DNA from: Minisyncoccota bacterium
GTDB lineage: Bacteria; Patescibacteriota; Minisyncoccia; Phycocordibacterales; JACOZG01
DNA: 63,841 bases
Direction of reading: 5' to 3'
NCBI GenBank assembly: GCA_020057185.1
Contig: JAGVGK010000005.1
Span: 1-63,841 of the forward strand
Shown: positions 46,200-54,048 of the stretch, piece after piece
Numbering within the stretch: position 1 is the first letter of the stretch
Layout of the letters: every line of letters starts with the position of its first letter
Notes under the pieces: model-generated
The model's database searches: none
What the model saw: only the letters and a program-made list of their open reading frames with translations
What the model was told of the DNA's origin: nothing
Translations under genes and position numbers: made by a program

Positions 46200-47105
46200 C
46201 TAAATTTTTACAAAATTTTCCACTTTTGTCAAACTGCCCTTTTTCTTTATCTCTTCTATATATTCCGCCACGTCGCGCTTCGCGCGCCAACCAAGCGCCG
46301 TCATTTTCGATTGATCAATTTTAGATCGTTGTCGGTCGCCACGGCGGGCCGGCAACATTTCAATCTTTCCGCCAAACATTTCGGCAAGTTCTAAAATCGA
46401 ATATTCTTTTTCTGCCCCGATGGAATAACCATCGCCCTGACCTTTTTCGCCAACAAGAATAATTCCTTCAACAGTATCGTCAACATGGGTGAACGCCCGC
46501 TTTTGCGTCCCGGGTGTGACAACAGTCAGTGGTTGATGGTCCAAAAATTTCTGCGTTAAAATGCCGACCACCGTCGCGTATCGCCCTTCACGAATTTCTC
46601 TTCCGCCATAAACATTGTAAAAATAAGTAATCGCATAATCCAGCCCGAACCACTCACCGTAGTTGTTAACTAATTCAGTATTAGTTGATTTGAAATAAGC
46701 ATAGGGAGTTTCATTTTTCGCATCTTTAGTAGCATCATCAAACTCACCGAACTTAGTACTCGAACTAGCATAAATTAAACGAATTTTATTCTGGCGGCAA
46801 AACTCAAGTACCTTAAAAGTGCCTTCGATGTTCAACCGCCAAACTAAATCAAGATCATCAAAACTCGTCAGCACCCGCGAATATTCACCAAGATGATAAA
46901 CAATATCTGGTTTTTGTTTAATGAGAGCGTCAATATCTTTGGTCTCACCTTTGATATATTCCGCTCCCGCGATATGATTTTTAACATTCCCCGTAAAATA
47001 ATTATCGAGCGAAAAAACTTGATGGTCGGGATTAACGACTAACTTTTCAATCAAGTGTGAGCCGATAAATCCCGCGCCACCAGTGACTAAAATTACTTTT
47101 TTCAT
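46200..47105 (-). CDS. NAD-dependent epimerase/dehydratase (UXS-like SDR)
   Basis: ILVTGGAGFIGSH and YAYFK. Confidence 0.85.
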   Translation of the reverse strand: MKKVILVTGGAGFIGSHLIEKLVVNPDHQVFSLDNYFTGNVKNHIAGAEYIKGETKDIDALIKQKPDIVYHLGEYSRVLTSFDDLDLVWRLNIEGTFKVLEFCRQNKIRLIYASSSTKFGEFDDATKDAKNETPYAYFKSTNTELVNNYGEWFGLDYAITYFYNVYGGREIREGRYATVVGILTQKFLDHQPLTVVTPGTQKRAFTHVDDTVEGIILVGEKGQGDGYSIGAEKEYSILELAEMFGGKIEMLPARRGDRQRSKIDQSKMTALGWRAKRDVAEYIEEIKKKGSLTKVENFVKI

Positions 47106-48790
47106 TTAAGCATTTTCTCTAATATCTCGCGGGGCACTTCCCCGCCAGAAGTGGGTTGGGTAGACGGCGTTGATTGATGAGATGAAGAAGGTGAAGAAAC
47201 TGGCGGAGTTTTAGTCATAATCTTCTCCAGCGACCGACGAAGGTCTTCTTTGGACTTCAGTTTGTCGCTCTCGCTCACCACTCGCCGACCACTACTGCCC
47301 GGCGTGGGACGAAGCGCGGCGAGCGAAACCGCTAAACGCGGTGGCCCGTCCGAACGAACCGTCCGGGCAGGCGGTGGAAGTGTCGGTTGATTTTTATTAT
47401 TTATTTCTTCAACCGGTTTTTCTCCCGCCAACGGTTTGGACACCACAAACTTTACGCCCCCGCTCGCCACCCCAGCCTCACTATGCCATTTAGCAATCGC
47501 CTCCTCCACCTTGAGACGCGGTTCGGCGTAAGTTCGGCGTGAGTGTTCGATAATTTCGTCGCGATGAGAATCTTGAAGCAACGGGAACGGTGGCAGAGTG
47601 ACCGCCGAGAACGGCGGTGAACCAATGCCATCAATCATCAGCGTGAGATAAAGTTGGTAACGACCAAGATTAACGATGTCTTCTTTGGTAAAAGTCGGGA
47701 AAAATATTTTTTCCAACACTTCGGCATCGAAAGGCCCGACGCGAAAAGTGATGACACTGCCAACATTGCCGAAAACAGCGGCGCGCACTTCTTCAGCCAT
47801 CTGTTCGATATATTGATGCGCAATGGTCAGCGAGAGTTTGTACTTCCGTGATTCGGATAAGATGTTGGCAAAAGATTCGTTAGCAAAAGATTGGAATTCG
47901 TCGACGAAAAAGTAAAAGGGAGGCAAAGTCCGAAGCGCGACACCGGAGAGATTGGCGCGCGACATCGCCGTCAGATAAAGTTTGGTAATCAACATCGAGC
48001 CGATGAGATTGGCATTCCCCTCGCCCATTCGCCCTTTCGACAAATTGATAATCAAAATTTTCTTCTCGTCCATAATTTGCCGGAAATTAACCGACGAGCG
48101 TGGTTGACCAACGATATTCCGAATCAGCGGATTGGAAGTGAATTGTCCGACCTTGTTTTGAATCGCCGGCACGGCTTCAAGCGCCATCCGTTCGGTATAC
48201 TTAGCAAACTCGTCCACCCAAAATGATTTGACGCCCGGATCGGTAATGTTCTCCACCACCTTCTGGCGATAAGTTTTGTCCGAAAGCATTCGGTTAACAC
48301 CAAGTAAAGTTGCGCCCGGATATTCGAGCAAGGCGAGTAAAGTATTTTGTAAAATATATTCCATTCGCGCCGACCAGGCATCCACCCAAATTTTCTTGAA
48401 CGCGCTCATTAGCCCGCTCGACACGAGATAGCGTTGATCCTTACCGACATCTTCCAGCACATTGAACGAGATCGGATGTTCCAGATCGAACGGCGCGAAA
48501 TAAACCACATCCTTGATTCGTTCGGGCGGAACATAGTCGAGCAATTTATCAGCGGTCGAACCGTGCGGATCCATGAAGGCGATACCGTGACCGTTCTGCA
48601 TATCTTGGATCGCCATATTCTCGAGAATCGTGGACTTGCCCATGCCCGTCTTCCCAATCACATAGACGTGCCGACTACGATCTTCGTCCTTAATTCCAAA
48701 CCGCGTCTTCTTCGCGCGGAAATCCGTCTCGGCAAAATAAATTACTCCGGGTTTCGTCTCGTCAGACATAGTGGTTATATTATACACCAA
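47102..48790 (-). CDS. P-loop ATPase of the VirD4/TraG/TraD coupling-protein-like type, with a Pro/Ser-rich C-terminal tail
   Basis: Walker A VIGKTGMGKST and Walker B FYFFVDEFQSF. Low-complexity C-terminal tail of about 120 aa. Confidence 0.55.
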   Translation of the reverse strand: MVYNITTMSDETKPGVIYFAETDFRAKKTRFGIKDEDRSRHVYVIGKTGMGKSTILENMAIQDMQNGHGIAFMDPHGSTADKLLDYVPPERIKDVVYFAPFDLEHPISFNVLEDVGKDQRYLVSSGLMSAFKKIWVDAWSARMEYILQNTLLALLEYPGATLLGVNRMLSDKTYRQKVVENITDPGVKSFWVDEFAKYTERMALEAVPAIQNKVGQFTSNPLIRNIVGQPRSSVNFRQIMDEKKILIINLSKGRMGEGNANLIGSMLITKLYLTAMSRANLSGVALRTLPPFYFFVDEFQSFANESFANILSESRKYKLSLTIAHQYIEQMAEEVRAAVFGNVGSVITFRVGPFDAEVLEKIFFPTFTKEDIVNLGRYQLYLTLMIDGIGSPPFSAVTLPPFPLLQDSHRDEIIEHSRRTYAEPRLKVEEAIAKWHSEAGVASGGVKFVVSKPLAGEKPVEEINNKNQPTLPPPARTVRSDGPPRLAVSLAALRPTPGSSGRRVVSESDKLKSKEDLRRSLEKIMTKTPPVSSPSSSHQSTPSTQPTSGGEVPREILEKMLK

Positions 48791-50014
48791 TCATTTATCT
48801 TGTAAGGCCTCCCGCGTATAATTGTTAGAGGGAGACCACAACATCCAACTGGTCAAACCGGAATCGTAGGTCGCTTGGATTTGGGCGCGGACCATGGGGG
48901 CGGTGTAAGTGGCGCCGAGATTGAAATCTTGAAGCCACGGGCGGAGTTTACCTCGACGCTGGCTAGGCTTGTCCAACACCGAGTGTTGGACAGTAGGTGT
49001 CGTTGAGGCGGCGGTTGTCGAAGCCAAGGCCGTTAAACGCTGAACCGCGTTCGTCATCGCATTCTTCACCACTTCGTAGGGATGAACGGCGGGCTTGGAA
49101 AAATTGAGATAACCAGAAGCGAAGTGTGATGGATAAACCATCGGCGCGATGTAATCGAAATAAGGCGCGGCATCTATCAACACTTGACCGATACCTAGAT
49201 CATCATTACTCGTCGTTACAAGGCCGAAAAGATCCGCCGAGATTGGCACTTCGAGCGGGGCGAGCTCTTGCGAGAGATAAACATAAAAACGCTTGAGTAC
49301 TTGAGTGCGCTTTTCTTTAGTTGCGTCGAAATATTGATAACTAATATCCTTCATATTGCCGTCGGAGGGAAAGCGAATGTAGTCAAAATTAATTTCATCG
49401 AAGCCAACGGCGTAGGCTTCTTTAGCAATTTTTATCACATAATCCCAAACCGATGGCGCCCCCGCTTCCAACCAACTAATCCCCTTCCGATCCTTCCACA
49501 CTTGGTTATCAGACTTGCGATGCACTGCCAATTCGGGATGCCGACTGACAAAATAAGCGTCCTGAAAAACGGAGATTCGGCCAATGACATAAATATTTTT
49601 CTGGTGTAAATCCCCAATCAAACTTTTAATATTCTTAATCCGTTCTTCCACTGCGCCGGTTTTAATCAAATCTGGATCCGTCACCGCGAATGCAATTCGA
49701 CCGGTGTAATCTTTAACATCAATCACGACGGCGTTGAGTTCGGTTTCGTCAATCAGTTTAATTAATCTGTCACGAATCCGCGGTGTGCCAGCCACCCAAC
49801 TAGTCATATAAATTGCCTTGACTGGTTCCGGCGTGGATAAGTGAGTAACCACTGGCTCAACCGGAATTGGCGTCGCTGGCGTCTCGGAACTCGTCGTCAC
49901 TTGATTAACCGCGGCATATTGAAGAGGCGCATCAAACAGCGGACGAATAAAAAAAACATAAACGCTTCCCATCACTAAAACCGCCAACAAAAGAGAAGCG
50001 ACATTACGAACCAT
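48791..50014 (-). CDS. Membrane-anchored putative glycoside hydrolase (DUF4015/GHL-type TIM barrel)
   Basis: N-terminal TM helix; NAVVIDVKDYTG and GFDEINFDYIRFPSDG. Confidence 0.65.
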   Translation of the reverse strand: MVRNVASLLLAVLVMGSVYVFFIRPLFDAPLQYAAVNQVTTSSETPATPIPVEPVVTHLSTPEPVKAIYMTSWVAGTPRIRDRLIKLIDETELNAVVIDVKDYTGRIAFAVTDPDLIKTGAVEERIKNIKSLIGDLHQKNIYVIGRISVFQDAYFVSRHPELAVHRKSDNQVWKDRKGISWLEAGAPSVWDYVIKIAKEAYAVGFDEINFDYIRFPSDGNMKDISYQYFDATKEKRTQVLKRFYVYLSQELAPLEVPISADLFGLVTTSNDDLGIGQVLIDAAPYFDYIAPMVYPSHFASGYLNFSKPAVHPYEVVKNAMTNAVQRLTALASTTAASTTPTVQHSVLDKPSQRRGKLRPWLQDFNLGATYTAPMVRAQIQATYDSGLTSWMLWSPSNNYTREALQDK

Positions 50015-50180
50015 GGGGCTGACCGAAATTGCTACTCGCCAAAGCGAAAATAATAATCAAGAAACCGAGAATTACAAAAATAACCGTCTTGACCAACGCG
50101 GGGAAGCCGAGTAAGGCCACTAAAATAATTAGAAATCCGAGCAGAGCATTATTCGCATTAGCGGAGGTTGAGGAACGCAT
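50004..50180 (-). CDS. Small two-TM membrane protein (58 aa)
   Basis: MRSSTSANANNALLGFLIILVALLGFPALVKTVIFVILGFLIIIFALASS... Overlaps the murC 3' end by 23 nt and the next gene's start by 11 nt. Below the track cutoff. Confidence 0.45.
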   Translation of the reverse strand: MRSSTSANANNALLGFLIILVALLGFPALVKTVIFVILGFLIIIFALASSNFGQPHGS

Positions 50181-51393
50181 GATTTAATGATACATCACCC
50201 GCGCCAAGATTCAAAATTAGATCGTGACGATCGACCTTGGCTAAACGCTTTTCCACTGCGAGGAAGTTCGGCACATAAACCGCCCGCGGGATCACGGTGG
50301 CCAAAATACGGCTAGAAATAGTTTTATCTTTGGGCTCGCGCGCGGCATAAATTGGCAAAATTAAAATTTCGTCGGCGTCGCCGAAACTCTCAGTAAATTC
50401 TTTAAATAAAAGTTTGGTGCGACTGTAGAGATGCGGTTGGAAAATAACAATGATCCGCCGACGCGGAAACTCTTCGCGCGCGGTGGCAAGCGTCGCCTTA
50501 ATTTCCGTCGGGTGATGCGCGTAGTCATCATAAATTAAAGCGCCCTTTTTAGTTTTACCCTTGTACTCAAACCGGCGCCAGGTCCCGCGAAACGAAGCGA
50601 GGGCTCGGCGCGCCAAACTTTCAGATATGCCAACCGTTTTCGCCACCGCGATCGCGGCTTGAGCATTGCGCTGATTGTGTTGACCCGGGACCAGAAGTTT
50701 AATCGGGAGTTTAATTTGGTGATACTCTTTTTCCGTGATTACTTTCCCGCTCCTCGGTACTTTACTCGCCAACTCGGCGAAGGCACTTTGGATATCCGCC
50801 AGATCGTGATAATAGTCGAGATGATCGGTGTCAATGTTGGTGATAACCAAAATCTGGGGCGACAAGTTCAAAAATGATCGGCGATATTCACACGCCTCCA
50901 CCACCAACGGCCCTTTTCCCGCGATAAAATTAGAACGATGTTTATCCGATCGTCGAAGTAAACTCCCGACAATCACCATCGGATCGCGTCGCGCGGTGAG
51001 GAGAATTTCCGCCACCATCGCGGTCGTCGTGGTCTTACCGTGCGTGCCGGCAATGGCGATGGTAAAAACCTGATGTGATAATTCACCCAACGCCTCCGGA
51101 TAACTCAAAACTTTTATTCCCAATTTACGCGCACGAGTGAGTTCGGGATGATTGGCCGGAATGGCAATGGTGTAAATTACTAAATTAATATCGGCAGTAA
51201 TATTCCCCGCTTTTTGTTTCAGAAAAATCTTAACTCCTAATTTCTCCAACTCCGTCGTAATTAGCGATGCCGTCCGATCCGAACCAGACACTTCATACCC
51301 ATCATTCAAATACTTCCGCGCCAACGCCGAGACGCCAATCCCGCCAATGCCGATAAAATAAACTTTTTGTTGACTGGACAAATTAATCGCCAT
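50158..51393 (-). CDS. murC: UDP-N-acetylmuramate--L-alanine ligase
   Basis: VYFIGIGGIGVSALA, GTHGKTTTTAM and DDYAHHPTE. Confidence 0.92.
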   Translation of the reverse strand: MAINLSSQQKVYFIGIGGIGVSALARKYLNDGYEVSGSDRTASLITTELEKLGVKIFLKQKAGNITADINLVIYTIAIPANHPELTRARKLGIKVLSYPEALGELSHQVFTIAIAGTHGKTTTTAMVAEILLTARRDPMVIVGSLLRRSDKHRSNFIAGKGPLVVEACEYRRSFLNLSPQILVITNIDTDHLDYYHDLADIQSAFAELASKVPRSGKVITEKEYHQIKLPIKLLVPGQHNQRNAQAAIAVAKTVGISESLARRALASFRGTWRRFEYKGKTKKGALIYDDYAHHPTEIKATLATAREEFPRRRIIVIFQPHLYSRTKLLFKEFTESFGDADEILILPIYAAREPKDKTISSRILATVIPRAVYVPNFLAVEKRLAKVDRHDLILNLGAGDVSLNHAFLNLR

Positions 51394-51456
51394 AGAGTAG
51401 AAATAGGATAGCATTGATCTGGTCTTTAACTCAAGACAAAAAAAAGGAGATAAGTG

Positions 51457-52263
51457 ATGCCTGGATCTTGGTCAGCTTTTTATAAGCGTTTTGATGGCAA
51501 GGTGGAGATTCACTGTTTTGGCAAGCAAGCTGGCGATCTCAATGAAAATGAGATCTCTACTATTGCCCGCCAATTAGAAGTAAACATCGTTCTGTGCCCG
51601 GAAACTTACACTTTCAACGCCGAGGTCTGCGAACCGACCGAGCTTAGCCAACGAAAAAAAATTGGCGGGATCAAGATCTGCCGCGGGTGTCTGGCAGATG
51701 GCGTCGTTATCCCGCTCGGTCAAGCAGCCTGCCTACGGACTGCTGATTGTCCAACGATTGTGGCAAGACACGATTTTACTGGCGAGGTCATCGCCGCTCA
51801 TGCCGGCAGGGATTCATTGATTATCAATCAAGGTCGTTGGCGCGAGAATGGTGGACATAAACGATCACACGAAAGTGTGGTTGAAAAAATTTTCGAACGG
51901 CTAACAATGGTGGAAAGACGAATCAGTGATATTGAAGTTTTCAGTTGTGGTGGCGTGGGAGCGATTAACTTTCGGCATCCCAGTAACGACGAGAGACAAG
52001 GAGTAAATAATCATCTGCGTAGCCACTACATCGCCATGAGATATGGCAATGACTGTCTGCTTGGTGATGATTTAAGCCGACTAGAGACCGGGGCACTAGA
52101 CTTACATCGTCTGATTCGAAACCAGTGTTTAAAACTGCGTATTCCGGACGACAACATCCATTGTGATCAGGTAGATACCGCCAGAGATCGAGCAGAGTGG
52201 TTCAGCCGTCGTGGCGGCGATCCAGTCGGCCACAACACAATTTTAGTCATTCGTCGCACCTAA
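51457..52263 (+). CDS. YfiH/PgeF (DUF152, laccase-domain)-like protein, divergent
   Basis: ADGVVIP..LRTADCPTIV..AAHAGRDS and C-terminal CD...WFSRRG. Shine-Dalgarno AAGGAGA 6 nt upstream of the start. Confidence 0.5.
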   Translation: MPGSWSAFYKRFDGKVEIHCFGKQAGDLNENEISTIARQLEVNIVLCPETYTFNAEVCEPTELSQRKKIGGIKICRGCLADGVVIPLGQAACLRTADCPTIVARHDFTGEVIAAHAGRDSLIINQGRWRENGGHKRSHESVVEKIFERLTMVERRISDIEVFSCGGVGAINFRHPSNDERQGVNNHLRSHYIAMRYGNDCLLGDDLSRLETGALDLHRLIRNQCLKLRIPDDNIHCDQVDTARDRAEWFSRRGGDPVGHNTILVIRRT

Positions 52264-52270
52264 ACCAATT

Positions 52271-52308
52271 CCCCGCCTACATCTGCAAAGTTGTGGCGGG
52301 GATTTTTA
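52271..52308 (+). terminator. Intrinsic terminator between convergent genes
   Basis: CCCCGCC-17 nt-GGCGGGG followed by ATTTTTATT. Confidence 0.7.
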
Positions 52309-53622
52309 TTCCAATTTTTTCACCAGCTTTACAAACTGGGCACCACGGTCGTATTCATTTTTAAATCCGCCAGGTGGCGGACCAAAAGACGCAAACCCCG
52401 GACTTAAAAGTAAAATATCGCCAGTCTTAGCTATTGTTACCCCTAATTCAACCGCCTCTTTTAAATCCTCAACTTCTCTATACTTTAAATTTTTCATTTT
52501 GAGTTTTAAGTTCTTCGTCCCCGTTCCAGGCAATAAAATAATTTCTTTACAATATTTAGGTAAAGTTTTAATTAAAATATCTAACGGCAAATTTTTATCC
52601 GCGCCACCCATGATTAGAATAATATCTTTCTTTTCCCCGCCCAATGCTTCCAACGCCACCTTCAAAGCATCGGGAGTGGTGGAAGTGGTGTCGTTATAAA
52701 TCTTAATCCCCCGCCAAGTGCGGATGGGTTCCAAACGCCCAGCGACTCCAGTGAAATTCTCCACGGTCTGCTTAATCAGTTTTTCCGGAATCTCTAAAAT
52801 TCTAGCGACCGCGACCGCACAAGCCGCATTGATCCGGTTGTGCTCACCCAAGATTTTTAGCTTCCAACTTTTAGGCAACTCTTCAACCTTCTCTCCCCGC
52901 ACTAGATGATCTTCTGGCTTCTGATACTTAAAAATATTTTCTTTATCAGATAAATACTTTTTCATATCACCGTGGTAATAATTAAAGTGATCAGCCATAA
53001 AGTTAGTAAACACCGCAATATCTGGGCTGATTTTTAAATCGCCGAAACCTTGCAACTGCCACGAATCAAGTTCTAAGACCACCCAATCGCCCAATTTAAC
53101 TTTCGGCAACAACGCGAGTGTCGAAACACCCAAAATATTTCCGCCCAGCCACACCTTCCCAACCTGTTTTAAAATTTCATAAATCAAGCTCGTCACTGTC
53201 GTTTTGCCTCTTGTGCCGGTCACACCAATTATTTTCGCGCCCAATGATTGAGCAAATTTTACGAACAACGCCGTGCTCATCATCACCGGAATTTTATTTT
53301 TCTTAGCTTCGGCGATATAAGGCGAATCAAGTGGCACACCCGCAGCTTTGATAATCAAATCGCGGTGCTGAAAATCTTGAAGTCGGTGTTTACCCAGAAC
53401 ATAAGTAATAGCTTTTAGGTTATAGCTTCTAGCTTTTAGCTTCTTTAGCGAAGGAGACAAATCTTTGGCTGATTTCAAATCAGTCACAATAAGTTCAGCA
53501 CCACCTGCCTTGTCGGCAGACAGGCACTCCGCTAAAAACTTGGTATCCCCCACCCCGCGACCGAGAAGCCCGAGCCCCATCAGTGTAATTTTCTTCCCTC
53601 GAAAATAATCTCGATAATCCAT
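52306..53622 (-). CDS. murD: UDP-N-acetylmuramoylalanine--D-glutamate ligase (carries two repeat-element inserts)
   Basis: ITLMGLGLLGRG and GVTGTRGKTTVT; Mur ligase layout. Confidence 0.9.
   Translation of the reverse strand: MDYRDYFRGKKITLMGLGLLGRGVGDTKFLAECLSADKAGGAELIVTDLKSAKDLSPSLKKLKARSYNLKAITYVLGKHRLQDFQHRDLIIKAAGVPLDSPYIAEAKKNKIPVMMSTALFVKFAQSLGAKIIGVTGTRGKTTVTSLIYEILKQVGKVWLGGNILGVSTLALLPKVKLGDWVVLELDSWQLQGFGDLKISPDIAVFTNFMADHFNYYHGDMKKYLSDKENIFKYQKPEDHLVRGEKVEELPKSWKLKILGEHNRINAACAVAVARILEIPEKLIKQTVENFTGVAGRLEPIRTWRGIKIYNDTTSTTPDALKVALEALGGEKKDIILIMGGADKNLPLDILIKTLPKYCKEIILLPGTGTKNLKLKMKNLKYREVEDLKEAVELGVTIAKTGDILLLSPGFASFGPPPGGFKNEYDRGAQFVKLVKKLE
53409..53443. repeat. Five tandem heptamers: tagcttt taggtta tagcttc tagcttt tagcttc, in-frame in murD
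   Basis: Read directly. Encodes KLKARSYNLKA. Confidence 0.95.
53504..53525. repeat. 22-nt palindrome cctgccttgtcggcagacaggc in murD, identical to 45155..45176
   Basis: Encodes LSADKAG between AEC and GAELIVTD of the MurD Rossmann region. Confidence 0.95.
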
Positions 53623-53645
53623 ATCACTAATCTAACCACGATCGG

Positions 53646-53680
53646 AAACAAAACAAAAGCCCGTCAACAAAATGACGGGC
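53646..53680 (-). terminator. Intrinsic terminator
   Basis: GCCCGTCA-6 nt-TGACGGGC followed on the minus strand by TTTTGTTTTGTTT. Confidence 0.75.
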
Positions 53681-53709
53681 AAAATATGTTTTTACGGTGG
53701 CGACAACAA

Positions 53710-53970
53710 TCAGGTGGTGCTAATCGTAAGAACTGGAATCTGATCATAAACGGCTAGACCAGGCTTTCGGGCAATCCTGCTGAGTGATTCTCTCAATCGA
53801 ACAGCATTGACAACGCCATCCTCGACCGAGTCAATTATTGCTGCCATCACTAGCCGGGTTAACCTAAAATTAGATGGCAAGACACTATCACTAGAGAAAC
53901 AGTCTAACTCCACACTACCGGGCAAAATCTCACTGATAATTGCCACCGCACTTTTACTCTTACTTTTCAT
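53710..53970 (-). CDS. Orphan 86-aa hypothetical protein
   Basis: GGAGG Shine-Dalgarno 5 nt upstream of the ATG at 53970, and its own terminator. No recognisable family. Confidence 0.45.
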   Translation of the reverse strand: MKSKSKSAVAIISEILPGSVELDCFSSDSVLPSNFRLTRLVMAAIIDSVEDGVVNAVRLRESLSRIARKPGLAVYDQIPVLTISTT

Positions 53971-54048
53971 CTTGGCCTCCATTCCATTACCTAAACCCGT
54001 AAAGACCTAACACCACCAACGCGATGGCATTCTCCAACGACCATAGCA

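Noticed and set aside
47102-48790. VirD4/TraG-like ATPase as evidence of an integrated conjugative element.
   Set aside because: No relaxase, VirB4, pilin, integrase or oriT-like repeats are nearby. The gene is embedded in a housekeeping/glycan operon.
53681-54048. Tested as RNase P RNA, tmRNA or SRP RNA, because a terminator follows a stretch of about 350 nt.
   Set aside because: None of the expected motifs is present on either strand: GAGGAAAGUCC, an ACAGAA-type CR-V, a GGGG...UUCGAC 5' end with T-loop and CCA 3' end, or GGAAGCAGC. A GGAGG Shine-Dalgarno sequence plus an ORF explains the region better.
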